This document shows positions 31,272 through 40,195 of a stretch of DNA of 64,000 bases, in pieces. Each line of letters starts with the position of its first letter. Positions within the stretch are counted from its first letter, which is position 1. The notes below the pieces were generated by a model. That model was given only the letters and a program-made list of their open reading frames with translations, was not told the origin of the DNA and made no database searches. Origin of the DNA: an uncultured Spirochaetota bacterium. GTDB lineage: Bacteria > Spirochaetota > Brevinematia > Brevinematales > JAOACQ01. Where the stretch lies: contig CAVYGN010000002.1 of NCBI GenBank assembly GCA_963768055.1, positions 512,001 to 576,000 on the forward strand. The letters are read 5' to 3'. A program made the translations under genes and the position numbers.

Positions 31272-33719
31272 TTATAATCCCGTCTGTATGAATACTTCGC
31301 TTGTTTTCCTGCCTTTTCTCACATGCTGAGGCTTATTTTCAGCTTCAGGTTTTACATCGTACATATCACTTATAAGATTGTCCCAGTTATGATTTTCAAG
31401 CATTCTCATCCATGACGCCAGGCACATTTCCCCATAACGCCTAGGTTTGTTTTTCATCAGATCATACATCATTTCTATTTTTTCAACCCAGTCTTTCCTG
31501 TCATTGGAACGGGCGATAAACCCTGTCAGCCCTTCCTGGATTATTTCCTTCGGCCCTCCCTTATCCGAAACAATCGCCGGGAGCCCGCATGCCTGGGCCT
31601 CGAGAACCGCCATTCCGAAGGTGTCGGTCGTGCTGGGAAAAACGAACAGGTCTGCGTCGGAATATATTTCCGGAAGCTCCTCATGGGGGACCTTGCCTGT
31701 AAATAAGACCCTGTCTTCCCCTGAAAGGTTCTTACTCAACTCGTCTAAATAAGGGCCGTCACCTACAAAAATAAGGTTAATATCTTTATTCTTTTTTAAA
31801 ACTTTTTCATATGCCTCAGCAACAATATCAAGATTTTTATCCTTGGATATTCGCCCGGAATAGAGAATGTTGAACCCCTTTTTCAGGGAATGGCGCGTTT
31901 TAAAATAATGGCTTTTCTGAGGCCTGGGCTTAAAGGAGGTGGAATCAAAGCCCCTTCTGAATAAACCGATCTTCTGTTTTAAATAACCCCTTTTTTCAAG
32001 AATCGAGGCATATTCAGCCGTGGGCGCCTTGATCTCGTCGCAATTGTTATAAAACCATCTTATATAATTTTCCACCATGGAAGATGTGTCGGCGTCCTTT
32101 GTCAATCTTTCAGCCTGAAGAGTGAAATCAGTGTGGAAAACGCTTACGGATTTGACGTTAAGCATCTTAGAAATCAACAGCCCGGTAAGACCCATCGCGC
32201 CTGGTGTCGAAATGTATATCTCGTCCGGGTCATATTTATAGACCTCTTGTAAAATGCGTAAAAACGAGGGTATCCTTACCAGTAGATTTTCATAATACGG
32301 CATTTTAAACGAATAGATCGATTCGAATATCGCCGCATTGGGAGGCAGCTTATCATCCCTTTCATCATCGCACAGGCAGGTCATTAACTTCATGTTCTTC
32401 CGGCTTACAATGCTTTGATGGGCAATTTTTTTTAAGACAACCGATACCCCGTTCATATCTATAAGCGTATCGGTGAACCATAGAATTTTTTTATCCGAAC
32501 CTATTCCACCTGAGCCTTTCCCAAGAGATTCGGAAAGTTCCCGTGAAAGGTTGCGGTCGTTAAATAAATGCATAAACGCCGTTACAAAGGGTACCGACAG
32601 GAAAATCCCCGGAAGTGAAATCGAGAAATCCCTGAACAGAGAGACTATATTACCCTTCAACAGGTCTTTTCTTATAGCTTCGATGCAGTATCTTATAAAA
32701 TGGTCTGAAATCATTGCAAGTTTTTCATAAACCAGTGTTAAAGTGTCGTCAATATTGCTGTAATTATTGAATTTTAAATTCTTGATAAGATCGTCTATCA
32801 TGTGGTAAGGCAAAATCTGTTTCTTTCTTTTCTTAAGATGCGAGAAGATCAATTTTCCTTTAAGGTCAAGCTCCTTTTTTTCAAAAATAAATTCAGTCAG
32901 CTGGCTGAAGAAGTTATTTGCAATCGCCCTGCTTTTTGTTTTCGAAAACTCGAAAGCTATCTTATATATAGCGAAAACAAGCGCATGAAAATTATTATGC
33001 CTGCCGCCGGACAATGTTTTTTTTAATCTCAACTGGTTTAAAAACTCATCCGCTGTTTCGGCCTCGGCACTGGTATAGGTTTTGCCAATGAATAATCCGG
33101 CATGATCGTCGGATCCGCCGGTAAAACCTTTGATCCATGGATCCCGGCTGTATGGTTCGATTTTATGCTTTTCATATATGATATCTATGTCCGCTTTCGT
33201 CAACGATGTTAAAAGTCCCGACCAGTCTAAATTCATGCGTTTATTTCTAGCACCATTCTGGACTTCGAAAACATCGAAAAGGAGGATCAGTTTTTCAAGG
33301 TGTTCCTGCTTAAGTTTCCTGTTTACCGAATAATTCGCATGGGCTACTGAATATGCCAGGTTCTCTTTTTGAATATAATCCCTGAGCCTGTAAATATCCT
33401 GCCTGATGTTATTTATCTCTTCATACTGGGCCTGGTTCATCCCGTAGATCAATATATGAATTTTACATCCGTCTTCGGGAAAATACGTGGTTGCCTCCAT
33501 TCCAATTATTATTTCATTGGGATGCTTCGCTTTTAACTGAAAGGATCCTTCCACCGCATTATGATCCGTAATGGTTATAAAATTCATCCCGTTCTCCTTA
33601 GCCTTCGCGTAAATGGCCGCAGGCTCCGTGTATGATTCCGCAGCCCCTATCCTCTGAAGGAACCATTCGGAAGGATGTTTCGAGAATTTGGAATGAACAT
33701 GTAAATCTGCTTTGGACAT
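31272..33719 (-). CDS. PHP-domain / GT4 glycosyltransferase fusion
   Basis: DLHVHS, TDHN, GGSDDH (PHP); FTDT..NGVS, FHTDF, GRISKDKN, DTFGMAVLEAQACG (GT4). Confidence 0.88.
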   Translation of the reverse strand: MSKADLHVHSKFSKHPSEWFLQRIGAAESYTEPAAIYAKAKENGMNFITITDHNAVEGSFQLKAKHPNEIIIGMEATTYFPEDGCKIHILIYGMNQAQYEEINNIRQDIYRLRDYIQKENLAYSVAHANYSVNRKLKQEHLEKLILLFDVFEVQNGARNKRMNLDWSGLLTSLTKADIDIIYEKHKIEPYSRDPWIKGFTGGSDDHAGLFIGKTYTSAEAETADEFLNQLRLKKTLSGGRHNNFHALVFAIYKIAFEFSKTKSRAIANNFFSQLTEFIFEKKELDLKGKLIFSHLKKRKKQILPYHMIDDLIKNLKFNNYSNIDDTLTLVYEKLAMISDHFIRYCIEAIRKDLLKGNIVSLFRDFSISLPGIFLSVPFVTAFMHLFNDRNLSRELSESLGKGSGGIGSDKKILWFTDTLIDMNGVSVVLKKIAHQSIVSRKNMKLMTCLCDDERDDKLPPNAAIFESIYSFKMPYYENLLVRIPSFLRILQEVYKYDPDEIYISTPGAMGLTGLLISKMLNVKSVSVFHTDFTLQAERLTKDADTSSMVENYIRWFYNNCDEIKAPTAEYASILEKRGYLKQKIGLFRRGFDSTSFKPRPQKSHYFKTRHSLKKGFNILYSGRISKDKNLDIVAEAYEKVLKKNKDINLIFVGDGPYLDELSKNLSGEDRVLFTGKVPHEELPEIYSDADLFVFPSTTDTFGMAVLEAQACGLPAIVSDKGGPKEIIQEGLTGFIARSNDRKDWVEKIEMMYDLMKNKPRRYGEMCLASWMRMLENHNWDNLISDMYDVKPEAENKPQHVRKGRKTSEVFIQTGL

Positions 33720-33757
33720 AGCAACCCCTTCACCTTTTACTGTTTATTTCATTATAT

Positions 33758-33811
33758 ATTTTAGATTTGGAATGTTAAGCTACGATGAATTTTGAGATAA
33801 TTTTAGATGAA
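33758..33811 (-). promoter_or_regulatory. Pho-box-like array and -10 element for PHP-GT operon
   Basis: Minus strand TTCATC/TTATCT/TTCATC/TTAACA with 11-bp period; 9 nt; TAAAAT. Confidence 0.65.
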
Positions 33812-33844
33812 GGGGGCCGATTCGATCAATATGCATATCTGTTA

Positions 33845-34062
33845 TGAAGTAAATTTTTTGCACCTGGATTCGATAGCTTGAGTTGCTAAGACTCAATACG
33901 GCTACAAGCGCTGATGGTATGCTTTTTAATAAAGAATTTTATATTTGTACTATATGAATTGATTAAATACAATGAGAGACGATGTTTAAGCGCTTGCTTT
34001 ACGCCGTTTTTCGTCTTGCAACTCTACGCTATCTTCATAAGGAGTGCAAAAAATTTACTTCA
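33845..34062. mobile_element. MITE/REPIN-like element with long inverted arms
   Basis: Perfect 19-bp IR TGAAGTAAATTTTTTGCAC (33845-33863 / 34044-34062) extending as degenerate ~70-bp arms. Confidence 0.55.
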
Positions 34063-34107
34063 AGCAGCTTAGCTTATTGCTTAAAAATCTTCCATCCTTC
34101 CCACTGA

Positions 34108-34157
34108 TTTCAAAACATTATGCTGTTTTTTGCGGGATGTTGTTTGAACAGGCTCTA
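34108..34157 (-). repeat. REP-like palindromic element, copy B
   Basis: Reverse complement GAGCCTGTTCAAACAACATCC...TGTTTTGAA matches copy A. Confidence 0.55.
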
Positions 34158-34295
34158 AATAGCCTCCTTTTCAGGAAATTTTTTACTTTTATTGACCTAT
34201 TGCATCGTTTTTTATAGAATATAACTGGTGTTATTCGCTAATTTGATGAACGTCGCAAGAACTGATATTGGAAAAAATAAGGTAAGGAGCAGGTT

Positions 34296-34796
34296 ATGGA
34301 TAAAGCTATGGTAGGCATAATAATGGGCAGCGATTCGGACCTGCCGGTCATGAGGGAAAGCGCAGAAATGCTTGAATATTTCGGCATTCCTTTTGAAATA
34401 ACAGTCATATCGGCGCACAGGACCCCTGAAAGGGCATTTGAATACGCGGGTTCAGCTGAAGCCAGGGGCCTGTCGGTAATAATCGCAGGAGCTGGCGGAT
34501 CGGCCCATCTCCCGGGGATTATTGCGGCTCTTACACCCATACCCGTGATAGGAGTACCCATCATGTCTAAAAGTCTCTCCGGAATGGACTCGCTGTTATC
34601 TATCGTGCAGATGCCCAGGGGAATACCCGTCGCGACAATGGCGGTTAACGGCGCCGCTAACGCTGGAATACTCGCCGTACAAATACTCGGCGTCGGAAAT
34701 GAAATTATTCGCGCCGGAATAAGGGAATACAAGAATAAATTAAAAGAAGAAACGGCCGGAAAGGCAAAAAAGGTCGAGGAAAGCTCCGGGGGTTAA
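34296..34796 (+). CDS. purE: N5-CAIR mutase
   Basis: [31 protein letters not shown]. Confidence 0.97.
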   Translation: MDKAMVGIIMGSDSDLPVMRESAEMLEYFGIPFEITVISAHRTPERAFEYAGSAEARGLSVIIAGAGGSAHLPGIIAALTPIPVIGVPIMSKSLSGMDSLLSIVQMPRGIPVATMAVNGAANAGILAVQILGVGNEIIRAGIREYKNKLKEETAGKAKKVEESSGG

Positions 34797-34800
34797 CTAA

Positions 34801-35997
34801 TTGTTTAAAACCATTATAAATAGATTTACCAGCCTCCCCAGGGATTTTTTATTATTTATCTTCGCCATTTCGGTATTCAGCTTCGCACAGGGCATTGTCG
34901 ATTCAACTCTTAATAATTTTCTATATGAGACATTCAAAATATCATTTTTCCAGAGGGGCATGATCGAACTGCCCAGGGAAACGCCTGGATTTCTCGTCGT
35001 ATTTTTATCCGCCCTCCTGTTTTTTTTATGCAACAGGAGGCTTGCAGCCCTTGCAAACCTGATCGCCGGCCTTGGTATATTGTTAATCGGTTATTTTACC
35101 CGCAGTTTCAACTCCATGCTTGTTTTTTTATTTATCTTCAGTGTGGGACAGCATATTTTCCTTCCCCTTAATTCCGGAATTGGAATGGAACTGGCCCTCG
35201 AGGGAAGAACGGGAAGACGTCTCGGGCAGCTTAACGGCGCGGGAAATCTGTTCGGCATATTCGGAAGTTTCGTTATTTTTATCGGTTTCAAATATTTTCA
35301 TTTCGATTTCAAGGTTTCATTTCTAATCGCATCCATCGGTTTTATATGCGCCGGATCCTTCATCTATTTGATGAAGCGGAATAAACCCCTTCCGGTAAAA
35401 ACAAAATTCAGGCTGAGAAAGGAATATACGCTATTTTACTGGCTTAATATATTATACGGAACCAGAAAACAGATATTCCTTACATTCGCGCCCTGGGTCC
35501 TGGTATCGGTATTTTTCCAGAAAACATACGTCATCGGAATTTTACTTACTATAGGCGGCTTGATCGGCATCCTTTTTAAACCCTTGCTAGGCACCCTGAT
35601 CGACAGGCGCGGAGAAAGGTTCGTGCTTGCTGGAGAGGCGGTGATCCTGATTTTCGTGTGTTTTTTTTACGGGTTTTCAAAAATACTATTCAAACTTGAA
35701 ACCGCGATGTATATCTCTTTCGCCTGCTATGTTATCGACTATTTATTGATGTCCGTCACAATGGCAAGGGCCACATATCTGAAAAAGATAGCATTAAAAG
35801 AAGAAGACGTCTCCCAGACACTCACGATGGGAGTTTCAATTGATCATATGTTCTCGATCATCATAGCCGTATCGGGCGGGATAATCTGGCAATTCCTGGG
35901 CTACCAGTATATATTCCTGATCGGAAGCTGCATTGCGGCGATCAACCTCGTGTCGGTGCAGTTTATTAGGACAAAAGGTTATGAAATAACCGTTTAG
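34801..35997 (+). CDS. MFS transporter
   Basis: About 12 TM helices; LGTLIDRRGER motif-A-like. Confidence 0.8.
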   Translation: MFKTIINRFTSLPRDFLLFIFAISVFSFAQGIVDSTLNNFLYETFKISFFQRGMIELPRETPGFLVVFLSALLFFLCNRRLAALANLIAGLGILLIGYFTRSFNSMLVFLFIFSVGQHIFLPLNSGIGMELALEGRTGRRLGQLNGAGNLFGIFGSFVIFIGFKYFHFDFKVSFLIASIGFICAGSFIYLMKRNKPLPVKTKFRLRKEYTLFYWLNILYGTRKQIFLTFAPWVLVSVFFQKTYVIGILLTIGGLIGILFKPLLGTLIDRRGERFVLAGEAVILIFVCFFYGFSKILFKLETAMYISFACYVIDYLLMSVTMARATYLKKIALKEEDVSQTLTMGVSIDHMFSIIIAVSGGIIWQFLGYQYIFLIGSCIAAINLVSVQFIRTKGYEITV

Positions 35998-36063
35998 GGA
36001 TCACCACAGAGGCGCAAAGATCGCAAAGAGGAACAGAACGCAAAGTGTGCGGAGGTCGCAAAA
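35998..36063 (+). repeat. Left island boundary: CGCAAAG-rich repeat
   Basis: GGATCACCACAGAGGCGCAAAGATCGCAAAG...CGCAAAG, starts immediately after MFS stop. Confidence 0.75.
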
Positions 36064-36096
36064 AATTTCAAGACTTCGAAATAAAATCCTTATCGC

Positions 36097-36125
36097 TTGA
36101 ATATTTTTTTCATTTTCTTTATTAT
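36097..36125 (+). promoter_or_regulatory. Candidate sigma70 promoter of dGTPase cassette
   Basis: TTGAAT-N17-TATTAT; AT-rich context lowers specificity. Confidence 0.35.
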
Positions 36126-36209
36126 ATTTTAATATTTTGTTAATTTGTTTATACTAAATCACAGTCAACTATAGCAATTAGAATAGAATGAATGTAATAG
36201 GAGAAAACA

Positions 36210-37646
36210 ATGTATGAAAATTTATTTAAAGAAACAAGATTAAGAGAACCAAATAATTTGCGAGATCCAACAACAATTCATGATATATTTTTTGAAGAAA
36301 CCGAAAGTGACCGTGTTAGAATACTCTATTCAAGTCCATTCAGACATTTACAAAATAAAGCTCAGGTTTTTTCGCTTGAAGATAATCCTGACGTTCGTTC
36401 AAGGTTAACACATTCTTTAGAAGTCTAAAACATTGGAAGAAAGATTGCTTTAAAAGTGACTAACAAATTAATGGATAATAAATATTTGATTCCTTTTGTA
36501 AATATAGTAGAAAATTCATGTTTAATACATGATATTGGAAATCCTCCCTTCGGTCACTTTGGTGAAACCGCAATAAAAAAATGGTTTGAAGATAACTGGG
36601 GAAAATATGACATTCCATTGAATTCAGAGGAATTAACTTATTTTAAAAACAAAAATTTCTTAAATGATTTTCTATATTTTGATGGTAATCCTCAAGGAAT
36701 GAGAATAGTAATTCATTTACAAGAAGCATATCCAAATCATGATGATTTAGGATTTAATTTAACTTGCACACAATTATTAGCATCTCTTAAATATTTACGA
36801 TCAACAGATGAAGAATTTGAAGATAAAAAAATTTAAAAAAATATGGTTATTTTATAACCGAAAAAGAAAAAATTGATTTGGCAAGGAAAAAATTGAATTT
36901 CGGATCTGATAGGCGTTTTCCATTATCATATATAATAGAGGCTGCTGATGATATTTCTTACTGCTTGAGTGATATTGAAGATGGTATTGAAAAAGATCTT
37001 GTGAATTTTGAAGCTTTTTATAACCTTTTGTTAAAAACAGAGAATACTGAAATTTTGAAAGAGCTTAATGTTTATGAGAATCTTAATAAAAAAACTTAGT
37101 AATCCTGAGAAATTTTTTAATTTCAAAACATCTTTAGTTAAATCTTTAATAGAAAATTCAGCAAATCTATATTATCATAATCATGAAGAATTTTATAACG
37201 GCAAAAGACCGAATTTTTTTGAAGAAAGTTCTTGTGAATCAAAGATTCTTGATTTATTAAAAAAATTTTCAAGAATTAATTTATTCAGATCACCAGAAGC
37301 GGAAAATAAAGAATTAGCCGGACATAAAATTATTTCCGGAATTCTTGCTGCATATAAACCTTTACTAAGTATGAAATACAATGATTTTAAAATTTTGAAC
37401 GATGCAAAAATAAAATCAGAAGTGATTGGCAAAAAAGGATTGGATTATGAGTGGCGCCTATTTAATAAATTACCCGCAAAATATCTCTCGGCTTATGAGA
37501 AAAATGTTGATCAAAACATTAGTATGGAAGGAAAGCATGCATTAGAATTGTTTTTAAGAGCACATCTTATTGTTGATTATATAGCAGGAATGACTGACAA
37601 TAAAGCCTTAGAAATTTATCATTTACTTCAAGGAGTTGACTTTTAA
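36210..37646 (+). pseudogene. dgt: dGTP triphosphohydrolase (HD family), disrupted; about 478 aa when reconstructed
   Basis: FRHLQNKAQVF, RLTHSLEV, HDIGNPPFGHFGE, FDGNPQG, EAADDISY, DYIAGMTD spread over four ORFs; in-frame TAA 36426-36428; frameshifts at A7 runs 36825-36831 and 37088-37094. Confidence 0.92.
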
Positions 37647-37888
37647 TGGACTCTTACAATACTCATCCTATCACCTTGCTTATTGAATATATAAAAAACT
37701 TTTCTTTACAGCAAGCAGATTTTGAATTTAGTTGTTATATTGGTGGTGAGAGGAAAACAATAAAAAGAAGAATATTTAATTTAAAAGGTGTCGAGGACCG
37801 GGTAGATTCCCCAGTGGCAGGGCCATGAGATTCCCCACCTTTTCCTGAAAAATACCGTTCTTGATTTTAGAGAGAAATCATAAAACTT

Positions 37889-38635
37889 TCAAATAGTTTT
37901 CCCTTCCTTCCGGAAAGATTTTCCATCTTTGGATTTTACCAGGATTTTAATTGAGCCTGAAACAAGGCGGTCAAGCATAGCCCCTCCAATCACAGGATCA
38001 GGGAAGATTGCCAGCCAGTCCTCCGGAGGCCGGTTGCTTGTCAGAATAATGGACCTGTTTCCAAGCCTTTCATCGACAATCCGGTATAGGTATTCCGTTT
38101 CTTCATTGTCGAGTTTTTTAAATCCGAAATCGTCTATTATCAGGAGGTCTGTTTTAATACACTTTCTGAATAGAGTATTCTTAAACATAAGCTTTTCGCT
38201 TTTCAAGTCTTCAAGAAGAACCGCGGCTTTCTTGAAAAGAACTGTGTTTCCTCTTCTGCAGGCCTCATGGCCGACTGATTTTGCAATGCATGTTTTACCT
38301 ATGCCGGGAGGCCCGGCGATGACAACAAACTGTCTCATATCCATGAAACGGCAGGACGCGATTTCACGAATAAGCCTTGAAGGGATAGCGCTCTCATTGA
38401 AATTAAAATCAAACCCCTCGAAAGTGTTTTCCTGGCCGAACTTCGCTTCTCTCAGCCTCTTTTTGAGCATGTTATTATCCCTCTGGCATAATTCATCCTG
38501 AACTAACAAAGAGAAAAATTCTCCATAGTCCAGGTTTGATTCTTGAGCCTCCCTGATCCGCATAGGAAGGTTGAATAGCATCCCAGGAAGCTTTAACCTC
38601 CTTAAGTTTGCCTCAAGCTGATTCTGATGTTCCAT
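37889..38635 (-). CDS. istB: IS21 helper ATPase
   Basis: GPPGIGKT, LLIIDDFG, LTSNRP, AMLDRL. Confidence 0.95.
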   Translation of the reverse strand: MEHQNQLEANLRRLKLPGMLFNLPMRIREAQESNLDYGEFFSLLVQDELCQRDNNMLKKRLREAKFGQENTFEGFDFNFNESAIPSRLIREIASCRFMDMRQFVVIAGPPGIGKTCIAKSVGHEACRRGNTVLFKKAAVLLEDLKSEKLMFKNTLFRKCIKTDLLIIDDFGFKKLDNEETEYLYRIVDERLGNRSIILTSNRPPEDWLAIFPDPVIGGAMLDRLVSGSIKILVKSKDGKSFRKEGKTI

Positions 38636-38653
38636 ATTTCCTCCTCATTATCT

Positions 38654-40195
38654 CTATTGAAAGTAATAGCTGCCGTCCCTGGTCATTTCAGACCCTTCTT
38701 CTGAAATTTCAAACAGGGTGTCCTGTTTATCCTTTCCTTCATTTTCCATCCAGCTTTTGAATAGTTTGGGATCGGTTATTTTTGCCGATATTGCTCTTTC
38801 ACAGACTTTATTAAAGTATTCTTCTTTCGAGAATGTTTCCATTACACTTAAGAACCCCAGGGCCCTCCGGCAATTCAGATTAGCATGAACAGCAAGGATT
38901 TGAAAGATCAACTGGTATGCGGCTTCTCCGTATTTCCTCGACTGGTCTAATAAATACTTGGGGTATCCCCCGGATAGCATCTCCCTTGTATTCTCCGGAA
39001 AATCAGTCTTTTCATATGCTGCATGTCCTCTTGGTACGACAAATTCCCGGATAAGTTTGTACTGGAAGAAGATCTTCACTAAATTGCCGGTTCTCCTGAC
39101 AAAGACTTCCTCTCCACGATACCTGGGAGGCAGGGAATACCTCTTTTTCTCGAACTGGACAAATTGGTCCGGGTGTACCTTGGCCTTTTTCCATACGGGA
39201 GTCTTAAACCTTTCTTCAGGAAGCTTCTTAAGCAGGGGCTTCTCTATCGTTTCAAATACCTCTATTGGTTTCAAACCTGTTGTTCCATGGTTCCTCATCC
39301 CGTATTCATACCTGCACCATTCCAGAGCTTTGATGTTTAATTCCTTTAACGAGGCTCCGGGATTAAGGGCTTTAAGTTTTCTGAAAAGCTCTCTGGCAAC
39401 AGGGACCATTCTCTCTATCTTGGCTTTATCCTTTGGTTTCCTTACCCTGCAAGGATCAAGAAAAGTATTGTAATACTCCGCATAATCAGCATATGCCTGA
39501 TTATATTTAGGATCGTAAAGGTCCGGTGATATGATGCCGGTTTTCAGATTGTCCAGGGATATTCTTACAGGCACACCGCCGTAAAACTCCAGCATATCCA
39601 CATTGCTTTCAACGAATGATTCCTGGTTTTGTGAATAGACATATTGAACAAATGGCAGCCTTGAACTCGACATTATTCCGATAAAAGACTGCACGATCTT
39701 GTTGTGCCCCAGGTATTCCATTGTGCCGGCCCTGCCGTAGTCAAGCTGGATCTCCTGACCAGGGTTAGTTTCAATCCGGATGGTTTCCTTTAATTCTTTA
39801 GCTGTAAGGCCGCTCTTTATCGAGAATCTCTTGAAACTTGTATAGCTTATGTCCAGATTATGCCTTATACAGACAACTTCAAAGGCTGTCTTGGGTTTCA
39901 TTCCGTTTTTCGGGTCATTTATGAGCCCGTACAGCTCATCTTTATATCGTTCAAGTATGCTTGCCTTATTTTCATTTTTTGGAGGCCCTACAAAGGGGCG
40001 TTTCAGATGGAATTCTTCCCGGCTTATTGTTTCTCCCGCCTTTTCAAAGCCGTAATCGATAATTTTTTGAATCGCTAGTCGGACTGTTTTCCTATCCCTG
40101 TTTTCCTGTTCGGAAATTTCACTTATGCTTTGATCGGCTTTCCATCGTCTGTAAATGTCATAGTAATCCTGTTCGTTCATAAATCTGTACCCCAT
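38654..40195 (-). CDS. istA: IS21 transposase
   Basis: ETNPGQEIQLDYG, GGVP...DNLKT, PKDKAKIER, YSLPP. Confidence 0.95.
   Translation of the reverse strand: MGYRFMNEQDYYDIYRRWKADQSISEISEQENRDRKTVRLAIQKIIDYGFEKAGETISREEFHLKRPFVGPPKNENKASILERYKDELYGLINDPKNGMKPKTAFEVVCIRHNLDISYTSFKRFSIKSGLTAKELKETIRIETNPGQEIQLDYGRAGTMEYLGHNKIVQSFIGIMSSSRLPFVQYVYSQNQESFVESNVDMLEFYGGVPVRISLDNLKTGIISPDLYDPKYNQAYADYAEYYNTFLDPCRVRKPKDKAKIERMVPVARELFRKLKALNPGASLKELNIKALEWCRYEYGMRNHGTTGLKPIEVFETIEKPLLKKLPEERFKTPVWKKAKVHPDQFVQFEKKRYSLPPRYRGEEVFVRRTGNLVKIFFQYKLIREFVVPRGHAAYEKTDFPENTREMLSGGYPKYLLDQSRKYGEAAYQLIFQILAVHANLNCRRALGFLSVMETFSKEEYFNKVCERAISAKITDPKLFKSWMENEGKDKQDTLFEISEEGSEMTRDGSYYFQ

Noticed and set aside
35998..36063. 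CRISPR array or integron attC sites at island ends
   Set aside because: Units are 7-9 nt without unique spacers; no cas or intI genes; no clear RYYYAAC/GTTRRRY pair.
36426..36428. Stop-codon reassignment or programmed readthrough in dgt
   Set aside because: TAA ends many intact genes in this window, and the gene has two further lesions.
37789..37828. C-terminus VEDRVDSPVAGP of ORF 37646..37828
   Set aside because: Derived from the IS21 end; the true continuation is at 40328.
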